A program made the position numbers and the translations under genes. Of a stretch of 32,000 nucleotides of DNA, positions 9,786 through 18,803 are shown piece after piece. The notes beneath the pieces were generated by a model, which was not told where the DNA came from, ran no database searches, and saw only the letters and a list, made by a program, of their open reading frames with translations. The first letter of the stretch is position 1, and each line of letters starts with the position of its first letter. Origin of the DNA: Vibrio vulnificus CMCP6 (GTDB lineage Bacteria > Pseudomonadota > Gammaproteobacteria > Enterobacterales > Vibrionaceae). The DNA lies in contig NC_004459.3 of the NCBI RefSeq assembly GCF_000039765.1, positions 1,350,001-1,382,000 on the forward strand, in the 5' to 3' direction.

Positions 9786-12299
9786 TTAGAACAGCGCTTC
9801 TTCATCACTGGAAGAGGAATAGATGCTTTCTTCCTCGACGCTAGAAACATACTCAGTCGGCTCTGTCCCTTTAATGAAGTACTCAAACATAGCGCTGTCA
9901 TCGGTCTTGTTGGTTAATAGCCCGGTTTCACGATCGATGCGCACACGCACTATATTCGCGGGTAACACTTTTTCATGTTCAGGCACGCCTTCTAAAGCCA
10001 GTTTCATAAAATCAATCCACGCTGGCAATGCAGTTTTCGCTCCAGATTCGGCCCCAGAGGTTTGTTTACCATCTAAGTTGGCGTTAGTGGTGGTTTTTCC
10101 GAGCGTGCGACTATGGTCATCAAAACCTACCCAAGAAATCGCGACCACACCCGGGCCATAACCGTTATACCAAGCGTCTTTGGAATCGTTGGTTGTACCG
10201 GTTTTACCGCCGATATCGCGTCGACCCAACGTTTGTGCACGCCAGCCTGTGCCATTCCAACCTGTACCTTCACGCCAGTTACCACCCCCCCAGATGTTGC
10301 TGTACATCATTTCGCGCATGATAAAAGCATTCTGTTCGCTGATCACTTGCTTGGCAAATGGCTGAGTGCTCTCGGTGCTTTCACCATTCTCATTCTCTAC
10401 AATGGTTTGCGTGGCCACTGGGCAATCTTGCTGACAGATGGTTTGTGGCTGTGACTCAAACACGACATTGCCATAAGGATCTTCAATATGGCTGATGTAA
10501 TAAGGCTCTACATAGTAGCCCCCATTGGCAAAAACCGAGAATCCCTGTGCCATCTTCATTGGGGTTAAGCTACCTGCACCCAAGGCAATGGTTTCTGAAC
10601 GTGGCAGTTGGTCGAGCTCAAAACCAAAGCGAGTGAGGTATTCACGCGTTTCATCCAGCCCGACTTCACGCAGAGTACGAACCGCCATGACGTTTTTCGA
10701 CGTTGCTAAGCCAATACGTAAACGGGTTGGGCCAATGTAAGTCGGAGGAGAGTTCTTAGGACGCCATGCTGTACCTTGGCTCTCATCCCATTTGTTGATT
10801 GGTGCATCGTTGATCAGCGTGGCCAGAGTCATGCCGTTATCAATCGCCGCCGAGTAAATAAAGGGTTTGATACTCGAACCTACTTGGCGAACCGACATGG
10901 TGGCACGGTTAAACTTGTTGTGAACAAAGTTAAAGCCACCCACGAGGGAAAGTACCGCGCCATTATCAGGGTTCATGGCGATAAAGGCGGTATTGGCGTT
11001 AGGCACTTGACTTAAGTGCCAGCTTTCCTGGCTTTCGCCTTTGTCATCGGTAGTCACTACTTTGCGAACCCAAATTTGCTCGCCCGGCGCTAAGATGTCT
11101 TTGGCTGAGTTTGGTGCACTGCCTTGACGTTCATCAGTGATGAACTTGCGCGCCCAGTTCATGCCTGACCATGCGATGGTTTGGCTTTGTTCACGTTTAA
11201 CCCAAATGGTTGCGTTTTTGCTTTCAACCTTGGTCACAATCGCTGGAATCAATTCGCCGTAAGTCGGTTGGTTGCTCAGATGATCGTCCATCTTCGCTTC
11301 ATCCCAAGCGGCTTCGCCTGCTTTCCACAGCACACTTTCTTCACCACGGTAGCCGTGACGCTCATCGTAGGCTAATAAGTTGTCAATCGCGGCTTTGTTG
11401 GCTGCGGCTTGGAGCTTAGAGTCGATGGTCATGTAGACATTCATACCGGACGTATACGCTTTCTCTTCGCCGTACTCCTGTACCATCCATGCACGCGCGA
11501 GCTCAGCCACATAAGGAGCACTGACCTCGATCTCCGCGCCGTGGAATTGAGAAATCAATGTTTCCGCTCGTGCTGCGTCATACTCTTCTTGGGTGATGTA
11601 TTTTTCATCCAACATGCGCATTAGGACGACGTTACGACGATTGGTTGCGCGTTCTAGCGAATAGATAGGGTTCAGTGTCGATGGTGCTTTTGGCATACCC
11701 GCCAAAGTCGCAATCTCGCTTAAGGAGAGATCTTGCAAATCTTTGCCAAAATAGACTCGAGCTGCCGCCCCAAAACCGTATGAGCGATAACCAAGGAAAA
11801 TTTTATTAACGTAAAGCTCCATGATCTCCTGCTTGCTCAGCAGTTGCTCAATATGGATGGCGATAAAAATTTCTTTCACTTTACGCATTAACTTCTTTTC
11901 ATTCGAGAGGAAGAAGTTACGTGCCAATTGCTGAGTAATGGTACTTGCGCCCTGTTTAGCGGAACCTGACATCGCGACAACTAACGCCGCTCGGGTAATA
12001 CCAATCGGGTCGATACCGTAATGATCATAGAAACGGCTATCTTCAGTCGCGATCAGCGCGTGGATCAGCGATTGAGGAATTTGGTCGTAGGTCACTGGAA
12101 TGCGACGCTTTTCACCAAATTGCGCAATTAATTTCCCATCTTGGCTAAACACCTGCATCGGAGTTTGTAACTCAACATTTTTGAGTGTCGCCACATCTGG
12201 CAGTTCTGGCTTAACGTACTGATAAAAGCCAAAAATTGTTGTGACTCCAAGAATTATGCAAATTAATGCAAATATAAGTAAACGCTTTATGAACTTCAC
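9786..12299 (-). CDS. mrcA: Penicillin-binding protein 1A (bifunctional glycosyltransferase/transpeptidase)
   Basis: 837 aa with a GTG start. GT51 motifs EDSRFYDHYG and GASTITQQ. Transpeptidase motifs SSIKP (SxxK), SKN and KTGTT. Collinear with E. coli PBP1A, and the conserved divergent ponA/pilM arrangement is present. Confidence 0.95.
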   Translation of the reverse strand: MKFIKRLLIFALICIILGVTTIFGFYQYVKPELPDVATLKNVELQTPMQVFSQDGKLIAQFGEKRRIPVTYDQIPQSLIHALIATEDSRFYDHYGIDPIGITRAALVVAMSGSAKQGASTITQQLARNFFLSNEKKLMRKVKEIFIAIHIEQLLSKQEIMELYVNKIFLGYRSYGFGAAARVYFGKDLQDLSLSEIATLAGMPKAPSTLNPIYSLERATNRRNVVLMRMLDEKYITQEEYDAARAETLISQFHGAEIEVSAPYVAELARAWMVQEYGEEKAYTSGMNVYMTIDSKLQAAANKAAIDNLLAYDERHGYRGEESVLWKAGEAAWDEAKMDDHLSNQPTYGELIPAIVTKVESKNATIWVKREQSQTIAWSGMNWARKFITDERQGSAPNSAKDILAPGEQIWVRKVVTTDDKGESQESWHLSQVPNANTAFIAMNPDNGAVLSLVGGFNFVHNKFNRATMSVRQVGSSIKPFIYSAAIDNGMTLATLINDAPINKWDESQGTAWRPKNSPPTYIGPTRLRIGLATSKNVMAVRTLREVGLDETREYLTRFGFELDQLPRSETIALGAGSLTPMKMAQGFSVFANGGYYVEPYYISHIEDPYGNVVFESQPQTICQQDCPVATQTIVENENGESTESTQPFAKQVISEQNAFIMREMMYSNIWGGGNWREGTGWNGTGWRAQTLGRRDIGGKTGTTNDSKDAWYNGYGPGVVAISWVGFDDHSRTLGKTTTNANLDGKQTSGAESGAKTALPAWIDFMKLALEGVPEHEKVLPANIVRVRIDRETGLLTNKTDDSAMFEYFIKGTEPTEYVSSVEEESIYSSSSDEEALF

Positions 12300-12438
12300 C
12301 GGAGAATCCCTGTTTAGTTGAGGCTGTATGACGGCAAACCCTTGTACTCTAGGCTAAAAAGTTAGCTCTGCTGCTATTAACTCTTATTTGACGGTTAATA
12401 ACAACCTCTGAGCTAAAGAAAATGGGAGCTGTTTTGAG

Positions 12439-13446
12439 ATGGGTAAGCCGTTCGTTACCGGAATTGATATTGGTCATCGTAGCCTCAAGGCTGTCATTCT
12501 GAAACCTTATGGAGAGCACTACGCCCTGTTAGGGTACAAAGAAATAATCATTAAAGACGGTATTTTCTCAGATAACCACACTCTGAATCATCAAGAAATT
12601 GTCAATAGCCTGAAAGAACTGAAGAAGGAACTGCCTCTTTTCCGTTATCAGGTGGCACTGGCGGTGCCTGATAGTTCAGTGATTAGTAAGATGTTATCGA
12701 TCGATGCGGAGTTGGATGGTCGAGAGCGAGAATTCGCTATCCTTCAGGCGTTTGCACATCAGTCGCCATTTCCTGTCGATGAATTATCGATTGATTATGT
12801 CCAATTGGTCGAAGAAACCAGCAAAACGAATCATAGCTATCAAGTTTACGCCACCAAAAAAGAGGTGGTGGAAAGCCGTGTGCGTGTCGCAGAAGAAGTG
12901 GGACTGAAACCCGTGCTGGTAGATGTGCATGCGCATAGCCTGTGCAACATCTTAACGTTAGCGGCAGAGCGCCATCCAGATAAAGCTAGCTATTGCTTGT
13001 TGGATGTGGGTTATGACACCTCCTCTTTGGTGATGTCGCGTCGCAACGAACCGCCTTTAGTTAAAGAATTTGCCTATGGGGTGTCTCACCTCAATGCGTC
13101 GATAGGCGACGATCTGACTTCTCCTGATGCTCATGAGAAAACCGACATCTTTAATAAAGAACTGACAGAGCGAGTTCGTCGGCAATTGCAGCTGTTCCAA
13201 TCTATGGATAGCCAAAGCAAAGTGAATGGCCTCTGGATCTGCGGTGAAGGCGCGATTACTCCGTTGTTGAGTGAAACGTTGCAGAGAAAGCTGAGTTTGG
13301 AGTGCGAAGTCCTTAATCCTCTGGCTCTGTTTGAGCAAAAAACGGCGAAAAGAAAGCGCCGTATTGTTGATTGGCACCATTTTTCGGTGGCAGCGGGATT
13401 AGCGATTGGTGGCATTCAGTGGCTGGAGGATAGCCATGCAGCATAA
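12439..13446 (+). CDS. pilM: Type IV pilus assembly protein PilM (actin-like ATPase fold)
   Basis: 335 aa. First gene of a pilMNOPQ-type cluster divergent from mrcA. N-terminal GIDIGHRSLKAV is typical of PilM/FtsA-like proteins. Confidence 0.88.
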   Translation: MGKPFVTGIDIGHRSLKAVILKPYGEHYALLGYKEIIIKDGIFSDNHTLNHQEIVNSLKELKKELPLFRYQVALAVPDSSVISKMLSIDAELDGREREFAILQAFAHQSPFPVDELSIDYVQLVEETSKTNHSYQVYATKKEVVESRVRVAEEVGLKPVLVDVHAHSLCNILTLAAERHPDKASYCLLDVGYDTSSLVMSRRNEPPLVKEFAYGVSHLNASIGDDLTSPDAHEKTDIFNKELTERVRRQLQLFQSMDSQSKVNGLWICGEGAITPLLSETLQRKLSLECEVLNPLALFEQKTAKRKRRIVDWHHFSVAAGLAIGGIQWLEDSHAA

Positions 13447-14026
13447 GATCAACCTGTTACCTTGGCGTGAACACAAGCGTGAGGAGCATAAACGTCGTTT
13501 TGTCAGTCTGGTCGCATTAGGTGCCCTGATCGCGGTCGGTATTCAGTGGGGCATTGGCCAGTACTTTTCATACCAACAACGTTTGCAGCAAGAGCGTCTC
13601 GATTATCTTACCCACTATATCGCACAGTTGGATCAGCGTATCCAAGCGATGAACATTGCCAAGGAAGAGCATAGCCAGATCCTCGCTCGACTCAAGGTTG
13701 TCGAGTCGCTTCAAGCGGAACGCAACAAAACCACCGCATTTATGAACTTGATGACGGAACTGATCCCTGAGGGGGTGTATGTCGACAAGATCAAAATGAA
13801 CACCAACGACGTTGAGTTGGCTGGCATAAGCGATAGTACCGCTCGACTCGCCACCATGTTGGATAATTTGGAACGTTCCACCTTTCTAAAAGAAGTGGAA
13901 ATGCATTCGATTGTTCATGACAAGAAGCGTTTTGGTAAGAGCTTCCAGACGTTTACCGTCTCTTTTGTGTTTGATGAACATGCCGATTCTGCCAATACGT
14001 TGGCCAAGGAGGGGAATCATGGCTAG
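13436..14026 (+). CDS. pilN: Type IV pilus assembly protein PilN
   Basis: Start trimmed to ATG 13436 (GGAGGA at 13425-13430), overlapping the pilM stop by 11 nt. MQHKINLLPWREHKRE contains the conserved PilN N-terminal INLLPWR-type motif followed by a single TM helix. Confidence 0.85.
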   Translation: MQHKINLLPWREHKREEHKRRFVSLVALGALIAVGIQWGIGQYFSYQQRLQQERLDYLTHYIAQLDQRIQAMNIAKEEHSQILARLKVVESLQAERNKTTAFMNLMTELIPEGVYVDKIKMNTNDVELAGISDSTARLATMLDNLERSTFLKEVEMHSIVHDKKRFGKSFQTFTVSFVFDEHADSANTLAKEGNHG

Positions 14027-14609
14027 TTGGCAAGATCTCGATATTGATGAAATCACAGATTGGCCGATTTTACCGCAGGCGGCGGTTGTCGTGTTGCTGA
14101 TGTTGATCATTCAAGGTTTTGGTTATTGGTTCTATCTCAAGCCGGAAACGGAAGTGTTGCAAAGGATGGTCACAGAAGAGCAAACGCTGAAAATCTCGGC
14201 TCGAATTAAGGCGACCAAAGTGGCTGCCTTGCCGCAACTTCAATCGCAACTTGATGAACTGACTCAGCGCTATGAATTCTTACTTAAGCAACTGCCCGTG
14301 CAGAAGGAGTTGGCGACAATGTTGGCGTCGGTCAATGAACTCGGCATTCAAAGTAAGCTCACGTTTACACGTATCGATTGGGGGGAAAAGCAAACCAAGG
14401 ATTTCCTTTACCAACTGCCTTTGAATATTGAGTTAACCGGGGATTATCACGATATCGGTGAATTTTCTGAAGCGATTGCCCGCTTGCCTCGCATTATCAG
14501 TTTTACCGATGTGACTTGGCATCGAGTGAGTATGGAAAGCAGCACCTTGCACTTCCGAGTAAAAGCGAACACCTATCAGTTCAAGTCGGAGGCTGTCCAT
14601 GAGAAGTAG
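14019..14609 (+). CDS. pilO: Type IV pilus assembly protein PilO
   Basis: Start trimmed to ATG 14019 (AAGGAGGGG upstream), overlapping the pilN stop by 8 nt. Single TM (ILPQAAVVVLLMLIIQGFGYWFYL) followed by a coiled-coil region, with positional conservation. Confidence 0.82.
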   Translation: MASWQDLDIDEITDWPILPQAAVVVLLMLIIQGFGYWFYLKPETEVLQRMVTEEQTLKISARIKATKVAALPQLQSQLDELTQRYEFLLKQLPVQKELATMLASVNELGIQSKLTFTRIDWGEKQTKDFLYQLPLNIELTGDYHDIGEFSEAIARLPRIISFTDVTWHRVSMESSTLHFRVKANTYQFKSEAVHEK

Positions 14610-15111
14610 TTTATCGCTCGTCGCTGTGCTGGTCTTGCTATCGGGTTGTCGAGCGAATACCGAACCGATGGAAGGTTTTATCCGCCAAGTTGAATCGGAA
14701 GCACGTCAAGAAATGGCCAAGTTACAGCCAGAGCGCGAGTACATCCCGATTGATTACTTAGCTCGAGAAAATCGCCGTCCTTTTGAATTACCTAAGGAAG
14801 CCGTGATTGCCTCTCAACCTGTCGTTAAGAAAGACTGCTGGCAGCCACCTTCACGGGCTAAAAATGGCAAGTTGGAGCGTTATCCACTTAGCCAATTGCG
14901 TCTGAAAGGGGTGATGGGGAGTGGCAATACCATTGCCGGTCTCGTACAGACTCCACAAGGCAAAGTGGAGAAAGTTCACCCAGGGCAATTTATCGGCCAG
15001 AACAATGGCAAAGTGACCGTAGTAACGCCGTCTTACATATTGATCAATGAAACCCTTCCTGATGGTTTAGGTTGCTGGCAGCAACGTAAAGTCAGACTGG
15101 CATTGAGATAG
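14599..15111 (+). CDS. pilP: Type IV pilus assembly lipoprotein PilP
   Basis: 170 aa. Lipoprotein signal peptide with lipobox LLSGC. Overlaps the pilO stop by 11 nt and lies immediately upstream of the secretin gene. Confidence 0.82.
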   Translation: MRSSLSLVAVLVLLSGCRANTEPMEGFIRQVESEARQEMAKLQPEREYIPIDYLARENRRPFELPKEAVIASQPVVKKDCWQPPSRAKNGKLERYPLSQLRLKGVMGSGNTIAGLVQTPQGKVEKVHPGQFIGQNNGKVTVVTPSYILINETLPDGLGCWQQRKVRLALR

Positions 15112-15139
15112 GCAAGAAATTTTAGTGATTTGTGAGTTG

Positions 15140-16909
15140 ATGATGAAAAACAAAATCCAATTGTTTCCGGGAATGCTTTCCCAATTCGTCTGCCTGTTGT
15201 CTGTTTGCATCTTTACCACCTTTGCAAACGCACAATCTGAAGCAGAAAATGCGCTCAAGAGCATCGATTTCAGAACCAACGCTGCCAAAGATGCGATTAT
15301 CATCGTTGAATTGGCAACGCCTGCAACGGTGGTGGATTTGAAACCGGTAGCGGAAGGATTGAGCATCGAGTTGATCAATACCTCGGTCAAAGATGAGCAG
15401 CTCTATCTGCTCGATGTCAAAGATTTCTCGACCGTGGTTGAAAGTATCGAAGTGTTCAGAGAAGTGTCCAAAACCCGTCTTGTTGCGAATGTTAGTGGTG
15501 AATTTCGTCACGACTATCGTCTGTCTGGACGCTATCTCGAGGTGACAATTTCTCGCATCAAATCGGAACAAGAAGCCCGTGAACAAAGTGTGTTGGAAAA
15601 AGAAGGCAAGTTGATTTCTATCAACTTCCAAGATATTCCAGTGCGTAATGTTTTGCAGCTTATCGCAGACTACAATGGCTTCAACCTCGTGGTGTCTGAT
15701 TCCGTGACTGGTAATGTGACGTTGAGATTGGATGGCGTACCTTGGCAGCAAGTGCTCGATATCATTCTTCAAGTGAAAGGTTTAGATAAACGTGTTGAAG
15801 GCAATGTTGTGCTCATCGCTCCTCAAGATGAATTGGATTTGAGAGAGAAGCAGCAGCTTGAGAAAGAGCGTCTGGCGGAAGAGCTTGGCTCCCTCAAATC
15901 GGAAATCATCAAAGTCAACTTTGCCAAAGCGTCAGACATCGCTGAGATGATCAATGGCAAAGAGTCGGTCAGCATGCTGTCAGAGCGTGGTAGTGTGGCG
16001 ATTGATGAACGGACAAACTCTCTTTTGTTGCGTGAGTTACCCGAAAACATCGAAGTGATTCGAGAAATTATCAATTCGTTGGATATCCCAGTCAAACAGG
16101 TACAAATTGAAGCGCGAATTGTTACGGTGAACGAAGGCAATCTTGATGAGCTTGGTGTACGTTGGGGTTTCACCTCCATCAACGGCAGCACAACTGTCGG
16201 TGGTTCAATCGAAAACAACCTTGCAACCATTGGTCTCTACAATGCAGGTAGTGGTAGTGGCAGTGGTGACTCAGGTAGCGGCGGCAGTGGCAGTGAAGGC
16301 GGTTCGGCCTCCATTGATGATTTCCTCAATGTCAATCTTGCTGCGACCTCTGCAAACGCCTCAAGTATTGCTTTCCAAGTGGCTAAATTGGGGTCGGATT
16401 TGTTGTTGGATCTCGAACTCTCTGCACTGCAACGCGAATCAAAAGCGGAAATTATTTCTAGCCCTCGTTTGATCACAACCAATAAGAAGCCTGCTTATAT
16501 CGAGCAAGGTACGGAGATCCCTTATCTAGAGTCTTCCTCCAGTGGAGCTACCACGGTTTCATTTAAGAAAGCCGTGCTTAGCCTGAAAGTGACCCCACAG
16601 ATCACGCCTGACAATCGTCTCGTGTTGGATTTAAGCGTTACACAAGATAGACCCGGCGAAATTGTCAAAACAGGCACTGGAGAAGCGGTTGCGATTGATA
16701 CTCAGCGCATCGGTACACAAGTCTTGGTCAATAATGGTGAAACGGTAGTGTTAGGCGGTATCTTCCAACACAGTATTACCAATACCACGGACAAGGTTCC
16801 TCTGTTAGGCGATTTACCTTTATTGGGGGCGCTTTTCCGCCGTAGCTATGAAAACGTGGGTAAACGTGAATTGCTGATATTTGTCACACCTAAGGTTATC
16901 TTGCAGTAG
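15140..16909 (+). CDS. pilQ: Type IV pilus secretin PilQ
   Basis: The track starts at GTG 15125. ATG 15140 or 15143 gives MMKNKIQLF...FANAQSE, a signal peptide. It has an AMIN-like N-domain, a Gly/Ser linker, and the secretin C-domain motif VPLLGDLPLLGALFR. Confidence 0.92.
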   Translation: MMKNKIQLFPGMLSQFVCLLSVCIFTTFANAQSEAENALKSIDFRTNAAKDAIIIVELATPATVVDLKPVAEGLSIELINTSVKDEQLYLLDVKDFSTVVESIEVFREVSKTRLVANVSGEFRHDYRLSGRYLEVTISRIKSEQEAREQSVLEKEGKLISINFQDIPVRNVLQLIADYNGFNLVVSDSVTGNVTLRLDGVPWQQVLDIILQVKGLDKRVEGNVVLIAPQDELDLREKQQLEKERLAEELGSLKSEIIKVNFAKASDIAEMINGKESVSMLSERGSVAIDERTNSLLLRELPENIEVIREIINSLDIPVKQVQIEARIVTVNEGNLDELGVRWGFTSINGSTTVGGSIENNLATIGLYNAGSGSGSGDSGSGGSGSEGGSASIDDFLNVNLAATSANASSIAFQVAKLGSDLLLDLELSALQRESKAEIISSPRLITTNKKPAYIEQGTEIPYLESSSSGATTVSFKKAVLSLKVTPQITPDNRLVLDLSVTQDRPGEIVKTGTGEAVAIDTQRIGTQVLVNNGETVVLGGIFQHSITNTTDKVPLLGDLPLLGALFRRSYENVGKRELLIFVTPKVILQ

Positions 16910-16960
16910 TGCTGGTGGAGATTGATCGCGAGTGACAGAGCAATTAGATTAAAAATAAAG

Positions 16961-16989
16961 TTGCAATAGCGGCACCATACCTTGATAAT
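16961..16989 (+). promoter_or_regulatory. Candidate sigma-70 promoter for aroK
   Basis: TTGCAA (16961-16966), a 17-nt spacer, then GATAAT (16984-16989), about 120 nt upstream of the aroK ATG. Confidence 0.45.
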
Positions 16990-17110
16990 TTCGGGTCTTA
17001 TCACGAGTATCTGTGAGGAATTGGTGCCACAAGCGCATATTGAATCGGGATTCATCCGAATTATTCTTGTGGCGATGTCATTGAATTAACGTTGTAAATT
17101 ACTGCTAAAC

Positions 17111-17629
17111 ATGGCTGAGAAACGTAATATTTTCCTTGTTGGCCCAATGGGCGCTGGCAAAAGCACAATTGGTCGATACCTAGCTCAACAACTCCACATG
17201 GAGTTTTTGGATTCTGATACTGTTATTGAAGAGCGCACAGGCGCTGACATCTCTTGGGTATTTGATGTTGAAGGTGAAGAGGGTTTCCGCAAACGTGAAG
17301 AAGCGGTTATCAACGATCTGACACTAGAGCAGGGTATCGTATTGGCAACGGGCGGTGGCTCGGTGAAAAGCCGCGAAAACCGCAATCGTCTTTCTGCACG
17401 TGGTATTGTGGTATACCTAGAAACGACTATCGAGAAACAGCTAGCTCGTACTAACCGTGACAAAAAACGTCCGTTACTACAAACGGATAATCCACGTGAA
17501 GTACTAGAATCACTGGCTGGTGAGCGTAACCCTCTTTACGAAGAGATCGCGGATTACACCGTTCGCACTGACGATCAAAGTGCAAAAGTGGTAGCCAACC
17601 AGATCGTAAAAATGCTAGAAGAAAGCTAA
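17111..17629 (+). CDS. aroK: Shikimate kinase I
   Basis: 172 aa. [22 protein letters not shown] is essentially identical to the E. coli AroK N-terminus, and a Walker A motif is present. Confidence 0.96.
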   Translation: MAEKRNIFLVGPMGAGKSTIGRYLAQQLHMEFLDSDTVIEERTGADISWVFDVEGEEGFRKREEAVINDLTLEQGIVLATGGGSVKSRENRNRLSARGIVVYLETTIEKQLARTNRDKKRPLLQTDNPREVLESLAGERNPLYEEIADYTVRTDDQSAKVVANQIVKMLEES

Positions 17630-17661
17630 GTTAAGTCTTTCTTTTATTGTGGAGTGCAACC

Positions 17662-18753
17662 ATGGAACGGATTACGGTCAATTTAGCTGAACGTAGCTAC
17701 CCAATCACAATAGGCGCCGGGTTGTTTGAAGATTCGGCGCACCTATCTTCTCTCACTGCTGGGCAGAAAGTGGTCGTGATTACCAATGTCACGGTAGCCC
17801 CTCTCTATGCGGATAAAATTCTTTCTTTATTGCAATCTTTAGGTTGTCAGGCCTCGTTGCTTGAACTGCCTGATGGAGAGCAATACAAGAGTTTAGATAC
17901 CTTTAACCAAGTAATGAGCTTTCTTCTCGAGGGAAGCTTTGCCCGTGATGTCGTGGTTATCGCACTAGGTGGTGGTGTAATTGGTGATTTAGTCGGTTTT
18001 TCTGCCGCTTGTTATCAACGTGGTGTGGATTTTATTCAAATTCCAACCACGCTGTTATCCCAAGTGGACTCTTCTGTTGGTGGAAAAACGGCAGTTAACC
18101 ATCCACTAGGCAAAAACATGATTGGTGCATTCTATCAGCCGAAATCGGTGATTATTGATACCAACTGTTTGAAAACTCTTCCTGAACGAGAGTTTGCTGC
18201 GGGTATTGCTGAAGTGATTAAATATGGCATCATTTATGACGCTGAGTTTTTCACTTGGCTCGATGAGCATCTTGATGCGCTGTATTCATTAGATGAACAA
18301 GCATTAACTTACGCCATCGCACGCTGTTGCGAAATTAAAGCAGAAGTGGTGGCGCAAGATGAAAAAGAGTCAGGCATTCGCGCTTTATTGAACTTGGGCC
18401 ATACGTTTGGACACGCGATCGAAGCTGAGCTCGGCTACGGCAACTGGTTACACGGTGAAGCCGTTGCTGCGGGTACTGTCATGGCGGCACGCACCGCACA
18501 GTTACAGGGTATGATCGATCAGCAGCAATTTGATAAGATTTTCTCTATACTTAGCAGAGCTAAGCTGCCAGTACATACACCAGAAAGTATGACGTTTGAC
18601 GATTTCATGACTCATATGATGCGCGATAAGAAAGTGCTATCAGGGAAACTGAGATTAGTCTTACCAAGCAGTATTGGTACCGCTGAGGTCGTGGCTGATG
18701 TTCCTCAAGAGGTCATTCGTCAAGCCATTGAAGATTGTCGCACAATCAATTAA
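17662..18753 (+). CDS. aroB: 3-dehydroquinate synthase
   Basis: Start trimmed to ATG 17662 ([12 protein letters not shown] at 17651-17654). Contains the GGGVIGD nucleotide-binding motif and [12 protein letters not shown] metal ligands. Confidence 0.94.
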   Translation: MERITVNLAERSYPITIGAGLFEDSAHLSSLTAGQKVVVITNVTVAPLYADKILSLLQSLGCQASLLELPDGEQYKSLDTFNQVMSFLLEGSFARDVVVIALGGGVIGDLVGFSAACYQRGVDFIQIPTTLLSQVDSSVGGKTAVNHPLGKNMIGAFYQPKSVIIDTNCLKTLPEREFAAGIAEVIKYGIIYDAEFFTWLDEHLDALYSLDEQALTYAIARCCEIKAEVVAQDEKESGIRALLNLGHTFGHAIEAELGYGNWLHGEAVAAGTVMAARTAQLQGMIDQQQFDKIFSILSRAKLPVHTPESMTFDDFMTHMMRDKKVLSGKLRLVLPSSIGTAEVVADVPQEVIRQAIEDCRTIN

Positions 18754-18762
18754 TCAAACCTT

Positions 18763-18788
18763 AAAATAGCTCCATCAGGGGCTATTTT
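18763..18788 (+). terminator. Weak A/U-rich hairpin between aroB and damX (possible attenuator)
   Basis: AAAATAGC (18763-18770) pairs with GCTATTTT (18781-18788) around a 10-nt loop. Only two G:C pairs, so at most partial termination is expected. Confidence 0.25.
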
Positions 18789-18803
18789 CACAAGGAATCG
18801 CTG

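Noticed and set aside
14880-14888. DnaA-box-like TTATCCACT inside pilP
   Set aside because: It is a single 8/9 match within a coding region, with no clustering, AT-rich unwinding element or GATC cluster. It is not an origin.
15122-15772. 216-aa ORF antisense to pilQ
   Set aside because: It lies entirely inside the strongly supported pilQ CDS on the opposite strand. Its composition is His/Arg/Phe-rich and low in information, and it has no RBS. This is a typical shadow ORF.
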